DNA of 64,000 nucleotides from Candidatus Latescibacterota bacterium (lineage in GTDB: Bacteria > Latescibacterota > UBA2968 > UBA8231). The stretch is taken from positions 672,001 to 736,000 of the forward strand of contig CBDCSU010000004.1 in assembly GCA_965221775.1 (NCBI GenBank), in the 5' to 3' direction. The translations under genes were made by a program, and so were the position numbers. Below, one piece after another: positions 40,069-49,639 of this stretch (positions are counted from its first letter, which is position 1; each line of letters starts with the position of its first letter). Under the pieces are notes generated by a model. The model was not told where the DNA came from, searched no databases, and saw nothing but the letters and a program-made list of their open reading frames with translations.

Positions 40069-40125
40069 TTCCGCTTTCCTGGACGGGCACTCGGCCCAGT
40101 GGGGGGTCAGTCCGATTCTCCGGAC
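40069..40125. promoter_or_regulatory. putative enhancer (bEBP) boxes
   Basis: GTCCG-attctc-CGGAC at 40110-40125 and degenerate TTCCG-ctttcc-TGGAC at 40069-40084; a third weak copy at 40044-40059. Confidence 0.6.
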
Positions 40126-40398
40126 CGGTGCTCTTGACCCATCCGCCAAGGGACGCACCCAGCTGGCACGGGGCATTGAAGACCGCCGGCCGCACCGGTC
40201 CGGCGCGGCCAAGGGCAGGAGATCAGGGTGCTGGCGCTATCGGCGCGCTACGAAGGAGAGCGCCGAGCGCTTCTCAAGAGGCGAGTACTCGCGCCGAGGG
40301 GCGTACGAGGAACCAGCTTCACGGCATGCATGGGGCTGCAGGAGGACGAGCGGGTCGAGGACGACGCAGAGGTCGCGTCTCCCCGGGACTGGCGCCAA

Positions 40399-43300
40399 CT
40401 AGTCCCGGGAGGCCGGGACCACCTGTAGGAGCTGGCGCTGTCGCAGGTCTCCATCCTCCAGGTACACACAGACGTACAGTCCAGGGGAGACCAACCGCCC
40501 CCCGCGGTCGGTTCCATCCCAGGCGAGGGTGCGGCTCTCCGGACCTGCCGTCAGTCTCTCCACCAACTCGCCGGCCGTGTTGAAGATCCGTATCTCGACT
40601 CTTCCCGAGCCACGGAACCAGAAGGTCGTAGGCTGTCCCCGGGAGACCGGATTGGGATAGTTGTAGACCGCGATCTGCTCGTCGATCACCTGCGCCGTCA
40701 GGATCACGGTCCGGGTGCCCCCGTCGCCGGTCAGGCTCAGGACCTCCTGAACCTTCTCCGACTTCCCCGATAGACCGTCGTCGATGGCCGACCTGAAGAG
40801 GACCCACACCTCCGCCGTGTCCCCGGATGCCAGGCTGAGGGACGACATTTCCGCGGCGAACTGGCGGGTCCCTTCGACCGTCGGTGGATCCAGGTTGAGC
40901 CGTGCATCACCGCGGTTGTGCACCGGCAGGGCCTTCCACAGGGAGTCGCCCACGGAGACGCCGCCGAAGTCCAGGGTATCGGCAAGCACTTCCAGCACCG
41001 GCGCTACGCCCGTGAGCGTGAAGGAGACCTGGATTGTCGGTTGGTCGGGATCATTGCTCTCTATGGTCAGGATGCTCACATGCGGGCCGAGCCGACCGGG
41101 AGAGACGGGGACCGTGACCTCGCTGCTTTCCCCGGGTTCCAGGGGCCAGGGAAAGCGGTCTTCCAGAGCCTCCATGGGCTCACCGTCCCAGAGGAGTTCC
41201 TCGATGACCAGCTCCGCCTCACCCGCGTTGGTAAGGGTCAAGATCACCGGGACGGCCTCATCTGCCCTGACCTCGCCCAATTCCACCAGGCGCGGCTCGA
41301 CTTCCAGGCGCGGCTTGATTCCACGCCCCCTCAGCGGCAAGTCGAGGAAGCTGTTGTCAGGGTCGTTGCTGGTCAGTCCCAACGATGCCTCCACGGTACT
41401 GGCGTCGCGAGGACTGAAGGTGATCACCACGGTCGTATCCCTCCCCGGTTCCAGGTCAAAGGACTGAGGCGATACCCTGAATTGCTCGTCCGTCGTGGCT
41501 GCGTCCACACCCAGCAGACCTGTGCCGCTGTTTTCCACGACCAGAGTCCTTTCGGCGGACTTGCTCACGGCCACTTCTCCGAAGAAGACCGTGTCGGAGA
41601 CCGATACCTGGATCTGCGGCTTCTGGCTGCCGGCCTTGAGATCGATGATGATCACCGGCGCATTGGGATCGTTGGTTGTGAGCACCAGCGCCGCCTCAAT
41701 CCTCGGGAAGTTGGTCGAGGGATCGAATTTCAGCTCCATGACCAGACTGTCACCCGGACTGATGCTGATCCCGGGGCCGGGGCTCTCCACCTCGAACTCC
41801 GGTTTGGTCGTGATGAGCTGATTGATCACCAGATCGGCCTCGCCCCTGTTGTAGAGCACCAGTTCTCTGTGGACAGGGTCGCCGGAAATGCCGAAATCGA
41901 CGCGATCGGAGGACAGATCTATCTCGGGGATCAGCTGGGACATGACAATGCTCACGCTATCGCTCTTGAGCCCCGGGGCGGAGGCCTTCACCGTGGCGAT
42001 TCCGGGCAACGTGCCCGCTGTAAAGGAGACGCTGGCCATGCCCTGCACTACTACGGCGCTGGATACCTCCAGGTGGCCCAGATCCTCGGGACCTTCGACA
42101 ACCGCAAAGGACACCTCCGTGCTGTTGTCGGTCTTGAGCCGCCCCCCGAGGGAGTCCTGCACCACGGCGGTCAGGATCGATCTGTCCTCGCCGTTGGCTC
42201 TGATGCTCGCGGATGAGGCCTCCAGGACGATCTTGAACCGGCTCAGGACGATACCGAAGACCCCTCCACCAACGGTGCCGGCGTAGACTTGCCGGGGGCG
42301 AGAGCGCCCCATTGCCACGGTCAGCACATCGGGGTGGGTCAGACCCGGCTCGACGGGCTGCCAGCTGTCGCCGCGGTCCAGGCTGCGGAAGACCCCGCCG
42401 CGAGTGCCGGCGTACAGGTGCAGTGAATCGGCCGGGTCCAAGGCCAGGGCGCGAATCGACGAAGGGGTCAGCCCCGCGTTGATCTCCTCCCAGGTGAGGC
42501 CGTGGTCCAGGCTGCGGAAGATCCCGCCGTCGGTGCCGGCAAAGACGGCACGGCCCGCCGCATCCAGGGCCAGGGCCCGCACCGACAATCCCCCCATGCC
42601 GTCGCTCGAGGGCGTCCAGCTCGAGCCCCCGTCGCCGCTGCGGAAGACCCCCTCCCCGGTGCCCGCAAAGACCAACTCCCCCCCCGGATGCAGCGCCAGG
42701 GACTGCACCGACAGGGCAGCCAGCCCCTGGCTGCCGGACGACCAGCTCAATCCCCCGTCGAGGCTGCGATAGACCCCCTTCTCCGTGCCCGCAAAGACGG
42801 CCGTCCCCGTCGCCCCCACCGCCAGGGCTTGCACGGACAGAGTATCGAGTGCCTCGGCGGCTGACGACCATGTCGAGCCGCCATCGAGGCTGCGGTAGAC
42901 CCCGGCATGAGTGCCGGCGAACATCCGTGGAGGCGAACCCGGGTCGACCAGGAGCGCATGGACTTCCAGACCGGCCTGACTGCGCGTCCAGGAGGCGCCT
43001 CCGTCGAGGCTGTTGAAGATCCCGGACTCGCCCCCCGCGTACAGGCGCAGCGCATCGGAAGGATCCACGGCCAGTGTCCGCACCGACAAGGCGGACAGAC
43101 CTTTGTTGGCCTCCCCCCAACTCGTCCCCCCATCGAGGCGGAAGACCCCGGCCCGGGTACCCGCAAACAGCCGCGAGCCGTCGAGCGGGTCCAGCCACAA
43201 GGCTCGCACGGGCACCGTGGGCAAACCCTGGTCGAGAGCGGTCCACGTAGCGCCCCCGTCGAGGCTGCGGAAGACCCCGGACTCGCCCCCCGCGTAGAGC

Positions 43301-44082
43301 CGCAGGCCATCAGAGGGGTCGACGCCTACAGCGTTGACGGCTGACAGCCGCAACCCCTCGCCGACCGGCTCCCAGCTGGCGCCCCGGTCGCTGCTGCGGA
43401 ACAGGCCGGCGTCCGTACCGGCGTACACCCATCCCGAGCCGCCGTCCACGGCCAGGACCCATACCCCGGCCCCGCCCAGCCCCTCGCTGGCGCCGGTCCA
43501 CGTCTGCCCCCTGTCCTCGCTCAGGAAGACGCCCGCCTCTGTACCCGCGTACAGGCGCAGCGTATCGGCGGCCTCCACGGCCAGGGCTCGCACGGGACCG
43601 ACCAGCCCCTGGCTGGAGATGTTCCACTCCAACCCCCCGTCCGCAGTCGACAGGAAGCCGGCGTCCGTGCCCGCGTAGGCGCGCAGGGTGTCGCGGGGAT
43701 CGATGGCCAGGGCCGCCACCGACAGGAGCTCCAACTCCTCCCCGGTGGACCACGTCGAGCCACCATCGAGGCTGCGGAACAGCCCGGCATCGGTGCCGGC
43801 CAACAGGTACAGAGGACGTTCCGGATCCACGGCGAAGCTCCGCACGACCCGGCCGGCGATGCCGGAGGCGATCCAGGTCGCGCCCCCGTCGAGGCTGCGG
43901 AAGACCCCATCCATCGTGCCGGCATAGACGACGTGCCCGGCGTCAGGCCGCGTTGCCAGGGCCGCCACCGGCCCCCCGAAGAGACCGAACGGACTCCAGA
44001 CATTCTCCGCGCCCCAGGCCCTCGGCGCGGCTCCGAGGAGCATCATGCTCGCGAGCAGGCTTCGCCTCCCCCGCCCCGTCAC
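40399..44082 (-). CDS. large secreted protein: BNR/Asp-box double beta-propeller, invasin-type Big_1, four choice-of-anchor-D/ASH domains, FlgD-Ig tail
   Basis: signal peptide; repeated YAGT..GVFRSLDGG.W; IRANGEDRSILTAVVQD; N.G...L / TNDP, SNDP; YNYPNP...WDGTD. Confidence 0.85.
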   Translation of the reverse strand: MTGRGRRSLLASMMLLGAAPRAWGAENVWSPFGLFGGPVAALATRPDAGHVVYAGTMDGVFRSLDGGATWIASGIAGRVVRSFAVDPERPLYLLAGTDAGLFRSLDGGSTWSTGEELELLSVAALAIDPRDTLRAYAGTDAGFLSTADGGLEWNISSQGLVGPVRALAVEAADTLRLYAGTEAGVFLSEDRGQTWTGASEGLGGAGVWVLAVDGGSGWVYAGTDAGLFRSSDRGASWEPVGEGLRLSAVNAVGVDPSDGLRLYAGGESGVFRSLDGGATWTALDQGLPTVPVRALWLDPLDGSRLFAGTRAGVFRLDGGTSWGEANKGLSALSVRTLAVDPSDALRLYAGGESGIFNSLDGGASWTRSQAGLEVHALLVDPGSPPRMFAGTHAGVYRSLDGGSTWSSAAEALDTLSVQALAVGATGTAVFAGTEKGVYRSLDGGLSWSSGSQGLAALSVQSLALHPGGELVFAGTGEGVFRSGDGGSSWTPSSDGMGGLSVRALALDAAGRAVFAGTDGGIFRSLDHGLTWEEINAGLTPSSIRALALDPADSLHLYAGTRGGVFRSLDRGDSWQPVEPGLTHPDVLTVAMGRSRPRQVYAGTVGGGVFGIVLSRFKIVLEASSASIRANGEDRSILTAVVQDSLGGRLKTDNSTEVSFAVVEGPEDLGHLEVSSAVVVQGMASVSFTAGTLPGIATVKASAPGLKSDSVSIVMSQLIPEIDLSSDRVDFGISGDPVHRELVLYNRGEADLVINQLITTKPEFEVESPGPGISISPGDSLVMELKFDPSTNFPRIEAALVLTTNDPNAPVIIIDLKAGSQKPQIQVSVSDTVFFGEVAVSKSAERTLVVENSGTGLLGVDAATTDEQFRVSPQSFDLEPGRDTTVVITFSPRDASTVEASLGLTSNDPDNSFLDLPLRGRGIKPRLEVEPRLVELGEVRADEAVPVILTLTNAGEAELVIEELLWDGEPMEALEDRFPWPLEPGESSEVTVPVSPGRLGPHVSILTIESNDPDQPTIQVSFTLTGVAPVLEVLADTLDFGGVSVGDSLWKALPVHNRGDARLNLDPPTVEGTRQFAAEMSSLSLASGDTAEVWVLFRSAIDDGLSGKSEKVQEVLSLTGDGGTRTVILTAQVIDEQIAVYNYPNPVSRGQPTTFWFRGSGRVEIRIFNTAGELVERLTAGPESRTLAWDGTDRGGRLVSPGLYVCVYLEDGDLRQRQLLQVVPASRD
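42250..44000 (-). repeat. 13 full and 1 partial ~42-aa propeller-blade repeats
   Basis: counted in the translation; also visible in DNA as recurring ggctgcggaa(g/c)a. Confidence 0.85.
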
Positions 44083-45680
44083 GGCGGTTCCGCCTGTCCC
44101 CTCAGCAGCTCGAAGAGGCGGTTGCTCCCTTCTCCCTTCTGCAAGTACTCCAGCTGCGACAGTCCGGCAAGGTCCACCCGGCGGCCGGCCAGCTCGATGG
44201 GATCGCCGCGGCTGAGTCTGGCCGCTTCGCGATAGCAGTTGGCAGCGCCGGTGAAGTCACCGGAGAGTTCCGACAGCAGGCCGGCCACGTAGTAGGTGTG
44301 GGGGTAGCTGGGGTCCCGTCGCGCGGCTGTCAACAGCCACCGCTCCGAGTGGGAGGTCTCGCGGCTCTCCAACCGGCTGTAGGCCCTCGCCACCGCGGCG
44401 ACGGCCTCGGGGTGGTGCTCCAGGGCAAAGGAGCCCCGCAACCGCACCCGCTCCTCCAGCAGAATCTCAAAGGCATATCGCCCCTCGAGCAGATAGCCGC
44501 TGCCCTCAAGCCAGTCCGCGGCGGGCTGGAAGGGAAAGGCGACCCCGTGGTCGGACAGGTGCAGATCATCCGCACGGACCTCTTCCAGAACCACCCCGTC
44601 GGGGCCGTAGAGGATCAGTTTCAGACGTCGATGGTCCCAATCCCGGGCCGAGGTGGGATAGCGAAGCTCGATCTGCAACAGGGCTTCATCCGCCGGCCGC
44701 AGACGGGCCTCGGGGACCGGCTCTCCGTCGCGCTGCAGGCGCCAGCCATCGAAGTGGAGCGGAAACTGGTAGCGCCCCCAGGAGGCGGCCACCCCCAGGG
44801 TCCTGGTGTCGCCCAGGAAAGGCCGGTCCTCCACGATGTACTGCGCGGTGCCGCGGCCCGAGCCCACGGTCAGACCCAGGCGCCAGCTCGTGCCCACGCC
44901 CGAGGTCCGCTCGATGGCGCCGCCCAGGCTCAGGTCGAGAGGCCCTGGCGCCAGGGGCGCGCTGACACCAAGGGTCCAGCGCCCGCTGCGCGGCTGACAG
45001 CCGATCGACAGCAGCGGGCCTTTCCTCACCACGGCCGCGCTCAGAATCGGGCTCCATGGCGCTCCGTCCAAGGTCGACCAGGCATTGCGCACCGTCGCTC
45101 CCAGGCGCAGTTCGAAGGCTTGGTCGAGTGCCAGGGCAGCCAGTCCTCCGACGTCCAGCCCGACGTCACTCCAGCTCTGGCTGCCGGTATCGACCCGGAG
45201 CCAGTGGATCCCCAGACCGAGTTGGGGCGGGCCTGCATCGGTCCAGGGCCGCAGCCCCTCAAAAGCCTTGCCCGCTGCCATCACGACCCGGGCTTCGCCA
45301 TGGGATCCGTAGCCCTCGATATTCCCTTGAGGATCGGACCGCAGCACGCGGCTGGTGCCCAGGCGATCCAGGCCGATTCCCCCGCCCCACGAGTTGTTGC
45401 TGCGCACGAGACTGACCAGGTCGTGGCCGAGGTCCAGCCCGTCGAATACCTCGGCGTGCGAGAAGGCCGCGTGGTACCGTCGCTCCAGCCTTGCCAGACC
45501 CGCTGGATTCCAGTAGAGCCCACCCTGGTCCGCGGCCACCGCCACAGAAGCCGGCCCCAGCACCGCTGCCCGTCCCCAGGCCGCGGGATGGGCGAAGGCC
45601 CCCTCGACCTGGCCCTGGACCCGCCCGGCGCTCACCAGCAGGAGCGGCCCGGCCCACAGCAAGGTCCGGGCGCGGCTCAT
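44079..45680 (-). CDS. PorV/PorQ-like outer membrane beta-barrel with C-terminal TPR-like extension
   Basis: GRAAVLG...LYWNPAGLA hallmark, GLDVGG, LGATVRNA; C-terminal DPSYPHTYYVAG...AANCYREA TPR-like. Confidence 0.7.
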   Translation of the reverse strand: MSRARTLLWAGPLLLVSAGRVQGQVEGAFAHPAAWGRAAVLGPASVAVAADQGGLYWNPAGLARLERRYHAAFSHAEVFDGLDLGHDLVSLVRSNNSWGGGIGLDRLGTSRVLRSDPQGNIEGYGSHGEARVVMAAGKAFEGLRPWTDAGPPQLGLGIHWLRVDTGSQSWSDVGLDVGGLAALALDQAFELRLGATVRNAWSTLDGAPWSPILSAAVVRKGPLLSIGCQPRSGRWTLGVSAPLAPGPLDLSLGGAIERTSGVGTSWRLGLTVGSGRGTAQYIVEDRPFLGDTRTLGVAASWGRYQFPLHFDGWRLQRDGEPVPEARLRPADEALLQIELRYPTSARDWDHRRLKLILYGPDGVVLEEVRADDLHLSDHGVAFPFQPAADWLEGSGYLLEGRYAFEILLEERVRLRGSFALEHHPEAVAAVARAYSRLESRETSHSERWLLTAARRDPSYPHTYYVAGLLSELSGDFTGAANCYREAARLSRGDPIELAGRRVDLAGLSQLEYLQKGEGSNRLFELLRGQAEPP

Positions 45681-47578
45681 TCGAACAGTCCCACCAGGTC
45701 GTCCCTCCCCAGCATTCTCGCCAGGACCGCAGCCCTGTGGGCATTCTCCGCGGACAGCCCGCCGCGCCGCGCGATGCGCAGCATCTCCACCCAGGCCTGT
45801 CCAACCGTCACCGGCACCAACACTTCGACCACGGCGCCGGGATCGACCTGCAGACGCTCGACGTAGTCGGCCTGGCCGGGACGCAGGACGTGCAGCTTGT
45901 AGGTCCCGGGCAGGAGAGTCGAGAGGCGGATGGGCAAACGGTCGCCGAAGCGGTTCTCCTCGGTCGCCTCCTGAAGGAAGAGCCCGGCCTCAAAGGCGAC
46001 CTCATCCCCCAGATCGAGGGTATCGACCCGCGCTCTGACGCGCAGTCGGGCCGGCTCCTGCTCGAGGAGGATCCGCACCGTGGTTTCGTCGACCACCTCG
46101 ATACGCTCGGGGGCGACCGGATAGCCGACCCCGTACTGAGCCGCCCGCAGCTGCAGCAGCGTCAGGTTCGCCCGACCGCGGATCAGGCGCTCGTCGAAGA
46201 CCACGAGGCCCCTTGAATCCGCCCGGCCCAGCAAGAGATCCGCGGCCCACAGCTCGATACCGGGCCAGGGTACCCCCTGCCCGCCGACCACGGTCACTGC
46301 CACGGGCTTGGGCTCGAACACGACCCGCAGATCGTAGACGCCCGGCTCGCGAGACTCGGTGGCAAAGCGGCCCCGCTCGAAGGCGAGCCCCAACTGGACG
46401 AGGCTGATCGCTTCGAGTTCGTCGGGGGCCAGTCGCTTTCTGACCCGCACCCGCCCCCGGCGGTTCGTGGTGCCGGCCGCCTCTCCGTTGAGCAGGACGT
46501 CGACGTCGGGGAAGAGCCGCCCGGAGGTGTCCAGCACCTCGATGGTGAACAGGTTCTCGGCCGGGCGCAGCAGAACCGACCTGTGGATGCGGCCCGGACG
46601 GAGCATCTCCACCACGGGCGAGGTCGGACTGGCTTCGTACCCGGGCCGCACCACGGCGAAGGTGTGGCGGCCAGGCTCCACGAGAAAGACCCCCGGGGTC
46701 ACTCCGAGGGTGTCGCCGTCGAGCACGACGATCGAGCCGGGGGGGTCGGAGTCCACCTGGAGGAGGGGCGGCACGATCGAAAAGCTGCGCACGGCCTCCT
46801 CATTCGACAGCCGGGGCCCCTCCCCGTCCGGGTCGGTCACCCGGACCGCGACCTCCCCGAGGCCGACGTGACCATCGCCGTCTTCATCGCGGCCCGTCTT
46901 CAGCTCCTGGAGCAGGCGCGCAGTGAACCCGCCGTCCACGGCGGGCCGGCGGCCGACTTCGACCACGCCAGCGCTCTCCGGAAGGAAGTCCCCCCGGTGT
47001 CCGCCGGGGGTGAAGCCGTCGTACTCCCGGTCGTCCGCCGGCGAATCGGGGCTGGTGAAACCCTTGCCGCCCATGTCCCCGCTGTACGAGGCGTCGATGA
47101 CCGCGCAGGTCCGAGTCGTTCTCAGGCGCTGGAGGAACTGGCCTATCTCGTCGTCGCGCAGGAAGCTCTCCCCCGTCGCCCCCTGGGCGTCAAAGGGCAA
47201 GAGGCACTCGTCGTACTGATCGACCTGCTCGTCGAGAAACAGATCGTCCTCGAGGCGGGAACCGCGCCCCGAGAAGTAGAACAGGAACAGATCGTCCCCG
47301 CCCACCTGGCTGATGAGCGCCTGAAAGGCCCGATGAATGCCCTCGTAGGTGGCGGCCGAATCGGTGAGAGCCACGATGCGGTCGAACCCGCCTTCAACCG
47401 TCAGGAAGCGCTGCAGAGCGCCGACTTCGGACACCGGGTGCTCCAAGGGCGGCACGCCCGATCTCTCGGGATAGGCCGCCACGCCCACCAGCATGGCCCA
47501 GCGTTGAGCGCTCCAGGAGGCTTGACACAGACCCAGGAGCAGGACCGCCACAGCCATTCCCCTCCGCCGGCCGCCCAT
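45677..47578 (-). CDS. secreted peptidase C14 (caspase-like) pseudo-protease with PEGA and further beta domains
   Basis: signal peptide; RWAMLVGVAAY, FYFSGRG (His->Arg), DECLLPFD, IDASYSG (Cys->Ser); PEGA LQVDSDPPGS..GVTP..PGRH. Confidence 0.82.
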   Translation of the reverse strand: MGGRRRGMAVAVLLLGLCQASWSAQRWAMLVGVAAYPERSGVPPLEHPVSEVGALQRFLTVEGGFDRIVALTDSAATYEGIHRAFQALISQVGGDDLFLFYFSGRGSRLEDDLFLDEQVDQYDECLLPFDAQGATGESFLRDDEIGQFLQRLRTTRTCAVIDASYSGDMGGKGFTSPDSPADDREYDGFTPGGHRGDFLPESAGVVEVGRRPAVDGGFTARLLQELKTGRDEDGDGHVGLGEVAVRVTDPDGEGPRLSNEEAVRSFSIVPPLLQVDSDPPGSIVVLDGDTLGVTPGVFLVEPGRHTFAVVRPGYEASPTSPVVEMLRPGRIHRSVLLRPAENLFTIEVLDTSGRLFPDVDVLLNGEAAGTTNRRGRVRVRKRLAPDELEAISLVQLGLAFERGRFATESREPGVYDLRVVFEPKPVAVTVVGGQGVPWPGIELWAADLLLGRADSRGLVVFDERLIRGRANLTLLQLRAAQYGVGYPVAPERIEVVDETTVRILLEQEPARLRVRARVDTLDLGDEVAFEAGLFLQEATEENRFGDRLPIRLSTLLPGTYKLHVLRPGQADYVERLQVDPGAVVEVLVPVTVGQAWVEMLRIARRGGLSAENAHRAAVLARMLGRDDLVGLFE

Positions 47579-47583
47579 GGGAC

Positions 47584-49614
47584 TCACGGCTGCTTGAGAC
47601 GGTACTTGCGGATCAGGTCGTAGAGGCGGCTGCGCGACAGGCCCAGATCGCTGGCCACGATTTCCAGCTGCCAGTCCTTCTCCTCGAGCTTGTCCAGGAT
47701 CCACTTGCGATCGAATTGCTCTCGGGCCTTGCGCAAGGTCAGGTCCCTGTCGAGGTCGAGCTCCGCCGCTTCCCCGGGCTCCTTCTGCAGGCGGCCCCAG
47801 AGATGGAGGACCTGCAGGCGCTCTCCCCCGGCCATGACCCGGGCGCTGGTCAACTGATTCTCCAGCTCGCGGATATTCCCCGGCCACTGATAGCCTCTGA
47901 GCAGCTCCATGGCTGCCGGGTCGATCCCGGCGGGGTAGTCGGCCAGGAAGTGCTCCACCAGCAGCGGGACATCGATGAGCCGCTGACGCAAGGGCGGCAG
48001 GGGGATGACCAACACGTAGAGGCGGTAGAACAGATCGGCTCGGAACCGCCCCTCGGCCACTTCCTTTTCCAGGTCCCGGTTGGTGGCGCAGACCAGGCGC
48101 ACGTCCACCGGGCGCGGGTGCTCCTCCCCCACCCGCTGTACCTCCCCCTCTTGCAGCACCCGCAACAGCTTCACCTGGGTGGACGGGCTGGTCTCGCTGA
48201 TCTCGTCGAGGAGCAGAGTGCCCCCGGTCGCTGCCTCGAACAGTCCCTTGCGATCCTCGAAGGCCCCGGTGTAGGCCCCCTTCTTGTGACCGAACAGTTC
48301 GCTCTCGAGCAGACTCTCGGTGAGGGCGCCGCAGTTGATGCCGAGGAACCGCCCGTGGCGCCGGGCGCTCGTGCGGTGGATTGTGCGCGCCACCTCCTCC
48401 TTCCCCGTGCCCGTCTCACCGTGCACCAGTACGGTGATGTCCGACTCACTCGCTTTCTGCATGAGGACGAAGACGCGACGCATGGTGCGGCTCTGACCGA
48501 TGATGTGGGGGAATGGCTGCTCCCCCTGGGGCACGGGTTCGACCTGGGGCAGATGCACACCCCCGCCCGCCGGAACCGGAAACTCTTCGGCTCCGGTTCC
48601 ACCCCGATCCTCTGCGCGCCGGAGGGCTTCTTCCAGCAGTCTGTTGCGAATGCGGCAGAGACCATCGTCCCCCCGGCGAATGGCTCCCAGCAGTTCCAGT
48701 TGGGTAACCAACGGGGAGGTGCGGTCGTGGCGCGGTTGCTTTCTGCCCTCGAGTAGAGCTCTGAGCCACTGGGAGCCCTCGGCAGAACGCGTGAGACCCG
48801 CCACGACCCGCTGGAGATTGTCGTCGCCGCGGCTGAGCAAGCGCTCCGCTGCCTCTCCGACCTTCAGGTCGGGATCGGCTCCGAGGAGCACACAGAGGCG
48901 CGCCGTGAGATTGGGGTGCCCCTGGGCCCACTCGTGGACCGGGCCGGTGAGAGCCCCCCCTCTGGCGTCGGCTCGCTCGAGGAGTTGCAGCATCTGCCCA
49001 ACCCCCTCGATATCGAAGTCGGTGGTGTAGACCTCCTCGCTGATGTTGAAGGGCGACAGACCGCTTTCGGGAGCGATGAGGGTTCGCGGATCCGTGGCCC
49101 CGGCAAGGACGAAGACGTAACGCTCGAACTCGGGCTGGGTAGCGCGTTCGTTGTACACCGTGCGGATGGTGCCGAAAAAGCCCTCCCGCCAGGGCTGGGG
49201 AACCGCCTCGAACTCGTCGAGACTCACGACGATGCGCTTCACCCCTGCGCAACCCGCTATGGTCTTGAGGTCCTGGTAGAACCCGATCGATTCGGCGCCG
49301 GCCTGCACCGTACTCCGCTCCGCCACGGACAGGGCCCCGGCAATGCGATCACCGACAAAGCCGTAGAGCTGGGCACATCCGGCGTCTTTCACCGGGGTCA
49401 GGTCGATCGGCACCGAGACGTACATATCGGCTGACAGACGGCGGTGCAGGTGGTACAGGAGGCTCGTCTTGCCCGTCTGGCGGGCCCCCAGGACGGTCAC
49501 GTAGTGGCCGCGCCGGACCAGTTCCAGCACTTCGTCGTCCACCGGTCTTTCCACGTAGAGGCTCTGCTCGGGATCGGCGATGGGGCCGCGCGTCTGGATC
49601 TTCCTGAGTGCCAT
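47584..49614 (-). CDS. AAA_35/STAND-like NTPase fused to sigma54-dependent activator and Fis-type HTH
   Basis: LYVERPVD, GARQTGKT, LDEFE, SPFNI, W.QGHP.LT; then GETGTGKE, ESELFGHKKGAYTGA, LDEISE, FRADLFYRL, WPGNIRELEN, LGLSRSRLY. Confidence 0.9.
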   Translation of the reverse strand: MALRKIQTRGPIADPEQSLYVERPVDDEVLELVRRGHYVTVLGARQTGKTSLLYHLHRRLSADMYVSVPIDLTPVKDAGCAQLYGFVGDRIAGALSVAERSTVQAGAESIGFYQDLKTIAGCAGVKRIVVSLDEFEAVPQPWREGFFGTIRTVYNERATQPEFERYVFVLAGATDPRTLIAPESGLSPFNISEEVYTTDFDIEGVGQMLQLLERADARGGALTGPVHEWAQGHPNLTARLCVLLGADPDLKVGEAAERLLSRGDDNLQRVVAGLTRSAEGSQWLRALLEGRKQPRHDRTSPLVTQLELLGAIRRGDDGLCRIRNRLLEEALRRAEDRGGTGAEEFPVPAGGGVHLPQVEPVPQGEQPFPHIIGQSRTMRRVFVLMQKASESDITVLVHGETGTGKEEVARTIHRTSARRHGRFLGINCGALTESLLESELFGHKKGAYTGAFEDRKGLFEAATGGTLLLDEISETSPSTQVKLLRVLQEGEVQRVGEEHPRPVDVRLVCATNRDLEKEVAEGRFRADLFYRLYVLVIPLPPLRQRLIDVPLLVEHFLADYPAGIDPAAMELLRGYQWPGNIRELENQLTSARVMAGGERLQVLHLWGRLQKEPGEAAELDLDRDLTLRKAREQFDRKWILDKLEEKDWQLEIVASDLGLSRSRLYDLIRKYRLKQP

Positions 49615-49639
49615 GGATGCTCTCTTCGGTGGCTGGTGC

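Noticed and set aside
42250-44000. Regular ~125-nt DNA periodicity
   Set aside because: Explained by protein propeller-blade repeats; not a DGR or CRISPR and no reverse transcriptase present
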